Below are positions 50,252 to 60,859 of a DNA stretch of 64,000 nt, piece by piece (the first letter of the stretch is position 1; each line of letters begins with the position of its first letter). The position numbers and the translations under genes are program-made. The DNA is from Candidatus Poribacteria bacterium (GTDB taxonomy: Bacteria; Poribacteria; WGA-4E; WGA-3G), in the NCBI GenBank assembly GCA_963665235.2, contig CAXXLX010000001.1:3072001-3136000 (forward strand), given 5' to 3'. The notes under the pieces were generated by a model that did no database searches, was not told the DNA's origin, and was given only the letters and a program-made list of their open reading frames with translations.

Positions 50252-50310
50252 GTCTCTTCTTCCGTTCTTGCAACCGATTAGCCCAATATAATAGGCGATA
50301 TGTTTATAGC

Positions 50311-50418
50311 ATGTTGGAAACCGTTGGAAACCTTTAGCAAGGGAAAGAGGTAGATGCACGCTCATCAAACCGCGTATTGGAATCACAACCTCTTGCCAAT
50401 TGCCAATCGCTAATGTCC
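50311..50418. repeat. Dispersed GCAAG...CTCTTGC element with 10-mer and 7-mer arms
   Basis: tgttggaaaccgttggaaacctttagcaag is shared with 37381-37420. ctcttgccaattgccaatcgctaa is shared with 11486-11510. Confidence 0.55.
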
Positions 50419-50419
50419 A

Positions 50420-51673
50420 TTAAGTATGCCGAATTGCCTCAATCGGGCTTAATTTGGCCGCCTGACTAGCTGGATAATAGCCGAAGAAGATGCCCACCGC
50501 AGCACCCGCAGCAACTGAAATAAGCATAGCCTCTAACGTAATCACAGAGGGCCAGGTAAATTCCCGCAGGAAAAATTTGCTTACCGCCCACGAAAAGCAC
50601 TTCCCGACTAACGTGCCTGTTACAATGCCTAACACGCTCCCCATCAGACACAGAAGGATGGACTCTGTCAGAAATTGGAGACGAATATGATAACTTTTCG
50701 CACCAACCGCCTTACGCAACCCAACCTCCGGTATCCGTTCCGTAACCGAGACTAACATAATATTGAGAATGCCGATGCCAGCGACAATTAACGATACCGA
50801 GGCGATAATAACTAGCACTAACTCTATGATAAAAATAGTTCTTTTCGCACTTTCAATGCCTTTCTTGGCACTCCACGTCCGAAAAAATGTATCATCCCCA
50901 CCATGGTTCCGGGTCAGAACAGTTTCAACCTCCTTAAGAGCCTGCTCTACTACATCGGGACTCTTCGCGCGAATCATAATCGCACCGACATGCGTACGCC
51001 CCCCAAAACGGATTTGTGCAGTCGTTATCGGAATGAAGATCATGTTGTCATCACTCTTCCCTACCTCTAATCCGTCACCACGGCTTTCCATAATACCAAT
51101 TACGGTAAAACGTTTTCTGTTCCGGCCATGGCTGATGCTGACCTCCTGCCCAATTGGGTCTATGCCTTTAAATTGCTCTTTCCAGACTTTTGAACCGATG
51201 ACACAAACTTTAGTCCAGAAGTTTAAATCTGTATCGGCGAGAAATCTGCCATACTCCGTATCCCATTGACGCACCTTTTGGTATTCAAACGTGGTGGCAC
51301 GCATGTAGGTTTGCTGATGTTTTCCCTCAACTTCAAAGTCTATGTAATGACTTCTTTCTACGGTAGCGACTTCAACGGAGGGACACTGCTCCTGAATATG
51401 GCGCAGGTCTCGCATCTCTAGGTAATGTGGGCTCGTATTGCGCCGCCAACGCCCATTTTTCTGGATATGCCCCGGACGGTAAACGCCGAACATGCTCGGC
51501 CCACCGATTTTGTCTATTTGACTCCTCATGAGCTTTTCTGCACCGGCACCGAAGGACATCATCGCAATGATGCCTGCAATGCCAATGGTAATCCCTAAAA
51601 GCGTTAAAATTGTGCGGAGCTTACTTGCACGGAGCACTGAAAACGCAGTAATCAGATTTTCTAAGAGTTTCAT
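50420..51673 (-). CDS. MacB/FtsX-type ABC transporter permease
   Basis: LRTILTLLGITIG, GIGILNIMLVSVTERIPEVGLRKAVGA, QFLTES, FGYYPA. Confidence 0.92.
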   Translation of the reverse strand: MKLLENLITAFSVLRASKLRTILTLLGITIGIAGIIAMMSFGAGAEKLMRSQIDKIGGPSMFGVYRPGHIQKNGRWRRNTSPHYLEMRDLRHIQEQCPSVEVATVERSHYIDFEVEGKHQQTYMRATTFEYQKVRQWDTEYGRFLADTDLNFWTKVCVIGSKVWKEQFKGIDPIGQEVSISHGRNRKRFTVIGIMESRGDGLEVGKSDDNMIFIPITTAQIRFGGRTHVGAIMIRAKSPDVVEQALKEVETVLTRNHGGDDTFFRTWSAKKGIESAKRTIFIIELVLVIIASVSLIVAGIGILNIMLVSVTERIPEVGLRKAVGAKSYHIRLQFLTESILLCLMGSVLGIVTGTLVGKCFSWAVSKFFLREFTWPSVITLEAMLISVAAGAAVGIFFGYYPASQAAKLSPIEAIRHT

Positions 51674-51783
51674 TTTTTTACCATATAGCCGTAGACGAAA
51701 AGATTTTTTTTGTTGCACCAATTCACGAAACGTGCTAAAATGATTTAGACGCATGTTCGCGAACCTACAGCAATCTAAACAAA

Positions 51784-52387
51784 ACGTGAGTTTGAAAAAA
51801 GTTTTCACCTAGTATGAGGAGCGAGAAACCTTTGGTTTCCCGAATACTGGGTGCTAAGTCCGCTCCTTAGGGACGATATGTTTATAGGCATCTGGGTTTC
51901 CGCCCGGTCTCTTAGTCCCGTAGGGACGATATATTTATAGAAAGCCGTTTCCGCCCGGTCTCTTAGTCCCGTAGGGACGATATATTTATAGAAGGTCCGT
52001 TTCCGCCCGGTCTCTTAGTCCCGTAGGGACGATATATTTATAGAAAGCCGTTTCCGCCCGGTCTCTTAGTCCCGTAGGGACGATATATTTATAGAAAGCC
52101 GTTTCCGCCCGGTCTCTTAGTCCCGTAGGGACGATATATTTATAGAAAGCCGTTTCCGCCCGGTCTCTTAGTCCCGTAGGGACGATATATTTATAGAAAG
52201 CCGTTTCCGCCCGGTCTCTTAGTCCCGTAGGGACGATATATTTATAGAAGCCGTTTCCGCCCGGTCTCTTAGTCCCGTAGGGACGATATATTTATAGAAG
52301 GTCCGTTTCCGCCCGGTCTCTTAGTCCCGTAGGGACGATATATTTATAGAGGTTAGTGCAAACGGATATTTATTATCAAGCTCACGT
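51784..52387 (+). mobile_element. MITE family A with a 9-copy REP array
   Basis: TIR ACGTGAGTTTGA...TCAAGCTCACGT and flanking direct repeat TAAACAAA (51776-51783, 52388-52395). Confidence 0.85.
51895..52350 (+). repeat. Tandem repeat of about 51 bp x9 with GTCCCgtaGGGAC hairpin
   Basis: Unit tagtcccgtagggacgatatatttatagaaagccgtttccgcccggtctct, nearly invariant. Confidence 0.92.
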
Positions 52388-52394
52388 TAAACAA

Positions 52395-52423
52395 AGTATA
52401 CCACAAACCTTTAACTTATGCAA
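52395..52423 (-). promoter_or_regulatory. sigma70-like promoter of the ABC permease
   Basis: TTGCAT-17-TATACT with extended TG, abutting the MITE end. Confidence 0.6.
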
Positions 52424-52445
52424 ATTTTTTTAGAGGCAGCCAGTT

Positions 52446-54281
52446 GTGGGAACAAATCTCTCACAGATTTCAGACAGTTCTTTGCTTCTGTGGCCAGGAA
52501 TGCAAAAATCAACTGCACATCAAGCAGCATTAGCTAGGTGCGCCCGGTTTGAGAGTCCAGCGTGGATTCAATTGCCGGCCGACCTAATTAAGACGCGGTA
52601 TTGGTTAAAAGCCGTTGAATACACTTTTGACGAATCGGCGGCAGCAATAGCCATTCAGGGCCGTTTGCAACGGATTTTTGACGAATCGGACGAAAAAAGT
52701 CCGACCTTCACGCAATTTTATCTCATTGCACAACCGCACGCGGCTGCACCCTGCTATAACATTAGCGATTATGTGAAACAGTGCATGGATGGCGACCTTT
52801 CAGTTGCAGAACGGTTGTGTGGAAGAAAACTTATTCACATCTATCAGACTGAAACAGCTGCCGATGACCTGCTAAGCGATTCTGGCGTTGACCGGTTTAT
52901 CAAACGATTTCTCACACATTATGTGGAAATGTACGGTACAGCGGCTATCCTCGGTTTTACTTGTGAACTGCCGAGCTTCTTATCCGTATTAGCGGTAGAT
53001 GAAACGTCTGTCCCGTGGAGCCCCGCGATGTCAGAGGGAATTATCACCGAAGCCGCTGAAAGTAGACACAAACCTGCTGTGAACGCCCCTGAATACTTAT
53101 CAAATCAGCAACCTGCAACCCTGCCGCTCCTTTTTCATGAAACCTACGACTCGGCAGTTGTTCGAAGTAGCTATTGGCAGGCATTGACAGTACAATTCGC
53201 GAAATGTTTTATAAGAGGGCTCAGAAATTTCTGTCATCAGCACGGATTAAAATTTTCGGTCACGGTACAAGCAGGTGCAAAGACGCTAACGTTTGAGTTA
53301 AGCACATTACTATCAGAGATAGACTGTCCAATTCTACGCACCACGGTGTTGGATACGCCGAGACGTTTAGTTGTCGCAAAGTCGGTGTGTAGTCACGCGA
53401 AGCATGTCGGAATGTTGAGAAAAGGCCCGTCTATACTTTCACAGCGGCTCAGTGATGCAACCTTGGGTTTCAATCAGTGGGTGTCACCAAGTGCTGTGCC
53501 TCACGGAGCGGCCACTTTGACAACACTCTTCGCGACAGGACATCCCAAACGTGCAAGCTTGATGGTGTCGCCGACGCAAAGTCTCTGGATGAAACCCTCG
53601 GAGAAACAGTGGAATCACGTGACAAAAGCGTGGGGGTGGTTGTGTCAAACGGTGTGGCATTTGGGATACGATTTTCATATCGTTTCGGAGGCGCAGTTGA
53701 TTGATGCCACGGTAAATAGCGAAAAACGGGGGCTCAATTTCAACGGGGAGGTCTATCAACTTATTTTACTACCGAGCTGTATTTCGCTGCATGAAACGAC
53801 TGTGGAACGTTTAACAGCATTTACGAAGGCGAAGGGGCGGCTGCTTGTCAACGCACCCGCTCCTTATCTGCTCAATGGACGGATTGGACTTGAACCGTAC
53901 CCGTTGGAACACCTAATTTATAGGCGGCGCACCACGATATTGGACGGCCCCCTTGGCGAAAGGGAGACCGCCCTCAAAAAATTCCTTAGAAAATGGATGC
54001 CCTCCGTTATTTCACTCTATGCACGCCCGGCGAATCAACTCACGGAAGGTATTCAGGTCCATCACCGACAGGATGGGAACAGACACCTGTTCTACCTATT
54101 CAACACGACAGCAGAACCGATGGATACCTTGATTGAGATAGCAGGCGAAGCAGCCGCTGTTGATGAACTACAGATGCAGACAGGAAAACAGGTATCTATA
54201 GATGCCTGGCACGCCGATGGAAAAACATATATGAACTGCACGTTTGCCCCTGAACAGGGCAAATTACTTCTTGTTTCCTGA
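52446..54281 (+). CDS. Hypothetical protein, divergent glycoside-hydrolase-like with GATase-like C-terminal domain
   Basis: GFTCELP, SYWQAL, LGYDFHIVSE, YQLILLPS, FYLFN patterns recall GH106/GH42-type C-terminal regions. Confidence 0.5.
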   Translation: MGTNLSQISDSSLLLWPGMQKSTAHQAALARCARFESPAWIQLPADLIKTRYWLKAVEYTFDESAAAIAIQGRLQRIFDESDEKSPTFTQFYLIAQPHAAAPCYNISDYVKQCMDGDLSVAERLCGRKLIHIYQTETAADDLLSDSGVDRFIKRFLTHYVEMYGTAAILGFTCELPSFLSVLAVDETSVPWSPAMSEGIITEAAESRHKPAVNAPEYLSNQQPATLPLLFHETYDSAVVRSSYWQALTVQFAKCFIRGLRNFCHQHGLKFSVTVQAGAKTLTFELSTLLSEIDCPILRTTVLDTPRRLVVAKSVCSHAKHVGMLRKGPSILSQRLSDATLGFNQWVSPSAVPHGAATLTTLFATGHPKRASLMVSPTQSLWMKPSEKQWNHVTKAWGWLCQTVWHLGYDFHIVSEAQLIDATVNSEKRGLNFNGEVYQLILLPSCISLHETTVERLTAFTKAKGRLLVNAPAPYLLNGRIGLEPYPLEHLIYRRRTTILDGPLGERETALKKFLRKWMPSVISLYARPANQLTEGIQVHHRQDGNRHLFYLFNTTAEPMDTLIEIAGEAAAVDELQMQTGKQVSIDAWHADGKTYMNCTFAPEQGKLLLVS

Positions 54282-54353
54282 ATTTCCTTCATAATCCGCT
54301 TGACAGAATCTTAACTTTTGGGTATCTTATAGGAAAAACGGAAATGGGCTAAG

Positions 54354-57155
54354 ATGAAACGGACGATGAACTTTTCAAACAGTGGAACAGCATCAACAAA
54401 AGCAGGCGAAGAAGCCTCAACTGAAATGGTCTACATATCCGCTGGTGAATTCCGGATGGGCAGCAGAAAACGTCCTGCTGCAGCCCCTGTACATAATGTC
54501 TATCTTGACGAGTACTATATTGATATTTATGAGGTAACAAATGCCCAATTCAAGGCGTTCATTGATGCCAATCCGCAATGGGGCAAAGATAAGATTCCGA
54601 GCGAATATCATAACGGCAGCTATCTAAAACTGTGGAACGGAAATGACTACCCGAGCGGCAAAGCCAATCATCCGGTTGTTTACGTAAGCTGGTACGCTGC
54701 AATGGCATATTCACAGTGGGTTGGAAAACGACTTCCAACAGAGGCGGAATGGGAGAAAGCTGCCCGCGGGGGCGCGGTCGGCAAACGTTACGTGTGGGGC
54801 GATTCACCCGACCCGAGTAAGGCGAATTACATTAATAACGGGAATCCAGAATATACCGCACCTGTCGGGAGTTATCCGCCGAACGGATACGGATTGTATG
54901 ACATGGCGGGAAATGTGTGGGAACTGTGCCTAGATGAGTACGATGCAAAATTCTATAGTCGGTCCCCAGCTAAAAACCCGATAGCCGGTGCCGCTAATCT
55001 TGAAATGTTACTTGAGAATTTCATGGATGTTCGGACAGCTCGGGTTGCACGGGGCGGGTCATGGACAACGCCTGGGCCCGCGTATACGGCTGACCGTGGC
55101 AATGATTTGCCTACGAACACGAACGGTTGGCTCGGTTTCCGCTGTGCAAAAACTTTGACAACCCAGGAGAAAGCGGAATTGTCTAAACTGAACAGTAAAA
55201 AACGACAGGATTCTGCCCGGCAGCCATCAAAAGTCGACTTTGATAGTGAGGAATCGTTTCAGCAGGTCGCCCAAAACAGTAGAGACGGGGTCGCCTATAT
55301 AGAAGCAGTTTCCAGTACAATATTAACCTTGCCGTGGCACATGCATAAGCTGTTCACACATAAGCGCGGGGCGACGTATACTAATTTACATAGGTTTTTG
55401 TCGCGTATCCAAGAGGACACGCCTATTGGTATAGCGGGCACCGGTTTTTTTATCGCCCGCGATATGCTGGTAACCAATATTCACGTGGTTGTGGATGCGA
55501 AAACTATCGCCGCAAAACAGCTGGATAGTGAAAAACCCATCCTATATCCTATTGAAGGTGTCATGGCGTTTGACGAGAAAAATGACTTAGTTGTCCTAAA
55601 GGTTGCAGAAGAATGTCCTACACCGCTCAGCCTTGGTGACAGTGAAACCGTCCAAAGCGGCGAAAATGTTAGTATTGTGACGTATGTAGGTGGGGAATTC
55701 AATTATATAAAGGGAACTATTTGTAGCGAAGGCGGGAGTGATAGATTTCATCGGGTTAAAGCGAAACTCACACACGGGAACAGTGGAAGTCCGATGCTAA
55801 ACGGCAGGGGTGAAGTTATCGGTATAGCCGCTTCTGTCGAAAGAATGTCCGCTAGCACTGTAGCGGATGCCTCAGAATTCGCGAATGCGGTACCTTCAAA
55901 CCTCCTGAATTCGCTGCTTGAAAAGGCGGATAGCATTGAACCGTTCGAGGCATGGCGAAAGCGTCCATGTATACGCGCCTATGCTGTAAGTTTTCAAGGA
56001 GATACGCGGTTAAAAAAGCAAAAACACACCGCAGCACTAGCAAAATATGATGTGGCACTGAAGCATAACCCACATCTGATCCAAACTTATAACAATCGTG
56101 GCACAGCAAAATTGAAATTGGATGACTATGAGGGAGCTATAGCTGACTTTGATACCGTGCTTCAACACGATGCGGATTTAGCGTCTGTCTACACAAATCG
56201 CGCTATTGCGAAGATGTCCATATACGACTTAGAAGGGGCCTCAGAAGATATAGGTTTTGGGTTCCAATACCTCCGAGATTCTAAAAATTTCCAACTATAC
56301 CTGCTCCGTGCATGTGTAAAGAGTGCACTCGGGGATATATTAGAGGCAATGGAGGACATTGACAAATGCATTACGCTCAATCCGGATTTCGCTGAAGCCT
56401 ACATGATACGCGGAATGATTAAGAGCGAACAGGAGGACTATCACGAAGCTATCGTAAACGCTGAGAAAACTATCGAACTCAAACCGGAGTCTGAAATAGG
56501 ATATGCCAGCCGGTCAAGTGTGAAAAGATTACTCGGTAAATTTAACAATGCCCGTGGAAATATAGCGGATGCCGAGAAGCTTTATCAGGAGGCACTTGAA
56601 GATGCCGAAAAAGCTGTCCACCTCAAACCGAAGTCTTCTCTTTCGCTCTCTGCTCAAGGGAGGGCAAAGCAGCAGCTCGGGGAAGCTAAAGCTTCCAAGG
56701 GGGATATCGTTGGCGCGCGGGAATTGTATAAAGCAGCGATTACTGACCACACAAAGGCAATCCAGATTAAACCGAGGTCCCCTACAGGTTATAATGACCG
56801 TGGATGGGCAAATTATCTGCTCGGTCAATTAGAAACCGAACAGGGGAAAGCAGCGAGGGCACGAAAACACTACCGAGCGGCTATAGTAGATAGCAGTGAA
56901 GCCATCCGGATAGTGAAAAATGCATATTCTGCATATTCCTACCTTCACACTCGCGGGGCTGCAAAGGCTGCCCTCGAAGATTATGATGAGGCAATTGCGG
57001 ATTTTAGTGAAGCCATCCGGATTAAACCGGAATATGCCACAGCCTACCGAGACCGCGCAAAGGCAAAGGAGGTACTAGGCCAAAACGAAGCAGCGGAAGC
57101 CGACTATGAGAAAGCGAAAACGTTAGAGGCAGCTGCCGAAAAGAGGATACGCTAA
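54354..57155 (+). CDS. FGE-sulfatase + trypsin-like protease + TPR fusion
   Basis: RLPTEAEWEKAARGG...GFRC, then TNIHVV / DLVVLK / GNSGSP, then many TPRs. Confidence 0.88.
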   Translation: MKRTMNFSNSGTASTKAGEEASTEMVYISAGEFRMGSRKRPAAAPVHNVYLDEYYIDIYEVTNAQFKAFIDANPQWGKDKIPSEYHNGSYLKLWNGNDYPSGKANHPVVYVSWYAAMAYSQWVGKRLPTEAEWEKAARGGAVGKRYVWGDSPDPSKANYINNGNPEYTAPVGSYPPNGYGLYDMAGNVWELCLDEYDAKFYSRSPAKNPIAGAANLEMLLENFMDVRTARVARGGSWTTPGPAYTADRGNDLPTNTNGWLGFRCAKTLTTQEKAELSKLNSKKRQDSARQPSKVDFDSEESFQQVAQNSRDGVAYIEAVSSTILTLPWHMHKLFTHKRGATYTNLHRFLSRIQEDTPIGIAGTGFFIARDMLVTNIHVVVDAKTIAAKQLDSEKPILYPIEGVMAFDEKNDLVVLKVAEECPTPLSLGDSETVQSGENVSIVTYVGGEFNYIKGTICSEGGSDRFHRVKAKLTHGNSGSPMLNGRGEVIGIAASVERMSASTVADASEFANAVPSNLLNSLLEKADSIEPFEAWRKRPCIRAYAVSFQGDTRLKKQKHTAALAKYDVALKHNPHLIQTYNNRGTAKLKLDDYEGAIADFDTVLQHDADLASVYTNRAIAKMSIYDLEGASEDIGFGFQYLRDSKNFQLYLLRACVKSALGDILEAMEDIDKCITLNPDFAEAYMIRGMIKSEQEDYHEAIVNAEKTIELKPESEIGYASRSSVKRLLGKFNNARGNIADAEKLYQEALEDAEKAVHLKPKSSLSLSAQGRAKQQLGEAKASKGDIVGARELYKAAITDHTKAIQIKPRSPTGYNDRGWANYLLGQLETEQGKAARARKHYRAAIVDSSEAIRIVKNAYSAYSYLHTRGAAKAALEDYDEAIADFSEAIRIKPEYATAYRDRAKAKEVLGQNEAAEADYEKAKTLEAAAEKRIR

Positions 57156-57175
57156 CGGTAAAAAGGTGAACTATT

Positions 57176-59188
57176 ATGACAGAAAAAATAGACGTAACAT
57201 TACAGCAAATTGGAGAAAAAGCACTCGCCGAATCTGTAGTCCGTTTAAAATCGAAACAGACTGATACCGACTCCGGGGAGCTTGTTGACTCACCACGTGG
57301 AACCGGGTTTTTTGTCGGGCCGAACCTGATTGTGACAAATATTCACTGTATGGTAGATGAACAATCCACTTGGGCAGAACTTACTAGCACGGGTGCAACG
57401 TTCCGTATCACGGGTGTCATTGCGTTTAATGGCGACAACGACCTCGTCATACTCAAAACAACAGGGGAAGGGGTACCGCTCCCAATTGCCGATAGTAGCA
57501 CAGTTCAAATCGACGACCTTGTTTGTGCAGCGGGGTACTCCGGCGGAGAAGAGGGAGAAGCTAAACAGAGCACTATTCACAGTTTTCGCCATAGCGATCA
57601 GCGTTTCCAAATTAGAGAATTCCTTGGGGGCGGATATAGTGGAAGTGCCCTGCTAAACCGAACAGGTGAAGTGATAGGCGTTATTGCCGCGGGTGCTATG
57701 TCATTTACGCGCAGCGGCGAGATTCTCTCCGGAAGCCACGCAGTTGCCTCGAACACGCTAGCCGACCTCCTTGCAAGCAAAACGAAAGTGCAAACGTTGG
57801 CGAAATGGCGGAAGCACCCACAGATACGCGCCTATAGTGAGAGTTCAAAAGGACAACAGGCAATGCTGGACGGACATGTCCTCTCCGCAATGAAACACTA
57901 TGATACTGCCCTTGAATTTAATCCAAATATGGTTGAGGTTTATGCCAATAGGGCGACTATAAAGGCAATGCTACTCCAATTCGATTCGGCACTGTCGGAC
58001 TGCGATGCGGCTATCAAAATCAATCCGGAATACGGTGAGGCATATAAAAACCGCGCCGCTATAAAGTTTACCCTCAAACGATACGAAGAGGCACTCGTAG
58101 ATTGGGCAGTTGTCATTAAACAGGAGCCTGAGTTCATTGAGGCATATAAAAATCGCGCCCTTATAAATGCTGACCTCCACCGATACGAAGAGGCACTCGC
58201 GGATTATGATGTGCTGCTCGAAATGCGGCCTGAATCGAGCAATTTCTACGTCTGGCGAGCAAGTTTGAAAACCTCCCTCGGCCGATACGAGGAGGCATTT
58301 GCCGATTATGAGGCTGCCTTAAAATTTGCACAAGATTGTACCCAAATCTTTTTCTGGCGTGCACGTACAAAAGTCTTGGCCGAAGACTATGCAGGTGCCC
58401 TCGAAGACCTAGATAGATTCAGTAGTCTAAATGCTCTACCAATCAGCATTTTCGATATTTACCGCCAGCGCGCACTTATCAAACAGAACCTTGATGACTA
58501 TGAAGGTGCCATAAAAGACTACGATACGGCTATTCAGAACAATCCCAAAGACGATGTTGCCTACTGCGACCGGGCCCTTACAAAACGGACCTACGGCATG
58601 ATTAAAGCAGAACTGGGCGATACGGTGGCAGCTCGAACCCTCTATCAAGAAGCTATTGAGGATTACACAGCATCCATCCAACTTGACCCCAAATACGAAC
58701 GAGTCTATAACAGTAGGGGATGGACAAAGTTCCTCCTTGGCGAACTAGAAATCAAGCGTGGGAATATAGAGGCGGGGAAAATGCTCTTTAAAGACGCAAT
58801 CCTCGATAGCGATGAGACAATTCGCCTACAATGGGATAACCCGAGTGCAGAACCCTACTACGCCACCGGAAAATCGAAGACTGCACTGGAGGATTATGAT
58901 AAGGCAATTGCAGATTTTAATGAAGCCATCCGGCTTGACCCCACAGTTTCACTATACTACGAAGGGCGCGCGGAGGTCTATGAGGCAGCCGGACAACACG
59001 AAGCCGCGAAAGCTGACTCTGAAAAGGCACAAGAACTAAAAGCAGCAGATGAAGCATCTGGACAACACAAGGCCGCGAAAGCCGACTTCGAAAAGACAAA
59101 GGAAATGACGGCAGCCGGACAACACGAGGCCGCGAAAGCCGACTTCGAAAAGGTAATGGAACTCGAAGCAGCACCTGAAAACGAATAG
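57176..59188 (+). CDS. Trypsin-like protease + TPR protein
   Basis: GTGFFV, TNIH, DLVILK, GYSGS, TPR array, C-terminal GQHxAAKADxEK x3. Confidence 0.88.
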   Translation: MTEKIDVTLQQIGEKALAESVVRLKSKQTDTDSGELVDSPRGTGFFVGPNLIVTNIHCMVDEQSTWAELTSTGATFRITGVIAFNGDNDLVILKTTGEGVPLPIADSSTVQIDDLVCAAGYSGGEEGEAKQSTIHSFRHSDQRFQIREFLGGGYSGSALLNRTGEVIGVIAAGAMSFTRSGEILSGSHAVASNTLADLLASKTKVQTLAKWRKHPQIRAYSESSKGQQAMLDGHVLSAMKHYDTALEFNPNMVEVYANRATIKAMLLQFDSALSDCDAAIKINPEYGEAYKNRAAIKFTLKRYEEALVDWAVVIKQEPEFIEAYKNRALINADLHRYEEALADYDVLLEMRPESSNFYVWRASLKTSLGRYEEAFADYEAALKFAQDCTQIFFWRARTKVLAEDYAGALEDLDRFSSLNALPISIFDIYRQRALIKQNLDDYEGAIKDYDTAIQNNPKDDVAYCDRALTKRTYGMIKAELGDTVAARTLYQEAIEDYTASIQLDPKYERVYNSRGWTKFLLGELEIKRGNIEAGKMLFKDAILDSDETIRLQWDNPSAEPYYATGKSKTALEDYDKAIADFNEAIRLDPTVSLYYEGRAEVYEAAGQHEAAKADSEKAQELKAADEASGQHKAAKADFEKTKEMTAAGQHEAAKADFEKVMELEAAPENE

Positions 59189-59220
59189 GAACACCGGTTG
59201 ACTCGCCAAAAGGAGAAAAA

Positions 59221-60780
59221 ATGACAGGCGGCACGATTTTTGTCGAATGTTTGAAAGCACAAGGCATCGAGGTAATTTTTGGGCTACCGGGAAACCACCT
59301 CGATACCGTTTACGAGGCACTACATAACAATCAAGATAGCATCCGGCACTATGTCACACGGCATGAAGGCGGAACCGCTTTTATGGCGGATGGATATGCA
59401 CGCGCTAGCGGTGAGGTCGGGGTCTGTATGACTGTTCCCGGACCGGGCGCGAACAACGCATCTATTGGGATATGTGAGGCATATACGGCGTGTTCACCGG
59501 TGCTTTGGATTACAGGGCAAAACCCATCTTACCTGGCACAGAAAGACCCCCGGAAAAGTTTTCACGGATTGAATCAGGCGGCGGCCTTCGCGCCGATGAC
59601 GAAGGATATGGAAATAGTGCACCGAGTTGAACAGATTCCGGGGGCAGTCAATCGTGCCTTTCGCGCGCTGCGCTCAGGCCGACCCGGACCTGTCCTAATG
59701 GAACTTGCAACTGACGCACTACAGGCGGTAGCCGAATTGCCAATCCCACCGAGAAACAACGGAATCCAGACAACAGCAAACCCCGCGGACATTGATGCAG
59801 CGGTAGCGTTAATTGGCGCATCGGAACGGCCGCTGATTGTCGCTGGCGGCGGTATTAACCATACGCGTGCAACCGCAGAGCTGCTTGAATTCGCACGGCT
59901 GATAGATGCCCCTATTGGAATGACAGGCATGGGCAAGGGGGCTGTTCCTGAAGATTCACCCTATTCAATCGGGCTCTTCCGCGATGGTGTTGGGCAAGCA
60001 GCGATGCAAGCGGCTGACCTCATTATTGCTATCGGCACACGATTTTCCTATCGCGATACAGGAAATTGGGCACTCCAAATCCCGCAACCGCTACTGCACA
60101 TTGAGGCGGATGTCGACGAAATTCACAAAGAATACCCCGCCACCGTTGGAATCGGAGCAGATCCGAAATTGGTACTACAGCAGCTAAACGAGGCATTGGA
60201 CAGCGAAAAACGTACCGGGGGCTGGGGCGAAGGGTTACGCCAACTTCGCCACCAATTCACGGCAATTGAACCGCCGAGAATCCTCCGGGAGATGCGCGAT
60301 GTTATGCCACGTGATGCTATCTTGTCCGTTGATGTCAATATTACCGGTTACGGGGCACTTTCGCATTTTCCGATGTATACCGCAGGCAGCTATATCTTTT
60401 CCGGCATATCTGTCGCTATGGGAATTGGGTTGACGGGTGCTATCGGCGCGCAGGTCGCCTATCCGGAACGGAAGGTTGTGGCACTCAGTGGAGATGGTGG
60501 TTTCCTGATGACCAGTCCAGACCTTGCAACAGCGGTGATGTACGAGCTGCCTATCGTCACCCTTGTGATGAACGATAATCAGTACACCTCAATTGAACGG
60601 GGACAACTTAGACGGTTCGGAAAACGCATCGGGGTGGAATTGGTTAACCCGGACTTCGTTCAGTTTGCTGAATCTTTCGGGGCAGTCGGGCTACGCGTCG
60701 AAACCCCTGACGATTTCAAACCGACCTTTGAAAAAGCACTCGCCTTGGATAAGCCGGTAGTCATTGAAGTTATAAAGTAG
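59221..60780 (+). CDS. Thiamine-pyrophosphate-binding enzyme
   Basis: FGLPG, RHEGG, PGPG, SGRPGPV, GDGGF...MND. Confidence 0.88.
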   Translation: MTGGTIFVECLKAQGIEVIFGLPGNHLDTVYEALHNNQDSIRHYVTRHEGGTAFMADGYARASGEVGVCMTVPGPGANNASIGICEAYTACSPVLWITGQNPSYLAQKDPRKSFHGLNQAAAFAPMTKDMEIVHRVEQIPGAVNRAFRALRSGRPGPVLMELATDALQAVAELPIPPRNNGIQTTANPADIDAAVALIGASERPLIVAGGGINHTRATAELLEFARLIDAPIGMTGMGKGAVPEDSPYSIGLFRDGVGQAAMQAADLIIAIGTRFSYRDTGNWALQIPQPLLHIEADVDEIHKEYPATVGIGADPKLVLQQLNEALDSEKRTGGWGEGLRQLRHQFTAIEPPRILREMRDVMPRDAILSVDVNITGYGALSHFPMYTAGSYIFSGISVAMGIGLTGAIGAQVAYPERKVVALSGDGGFLMTSPDLATAVMYELPIVTLVMNDNQYTSIERGQLRRFGKRIGVELVNPDFVQFAESFGAVGLRVETPDDFKPTFEKALALDKPVVIEVIK

Positions 60781-60859
60781 CGATTCACAAATTGTCGGTT
60801 TCGCTCCTTTCAACCCGACCTGCAATTGGCACAAAAAAAACAGAAAAGAGGAATTTGAT

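Noticed and set aside
51895-52350. CRISPR array
   Set aside because: The whole 51-bp unit repeats with no variable spacer, and it lies within MITE ends.
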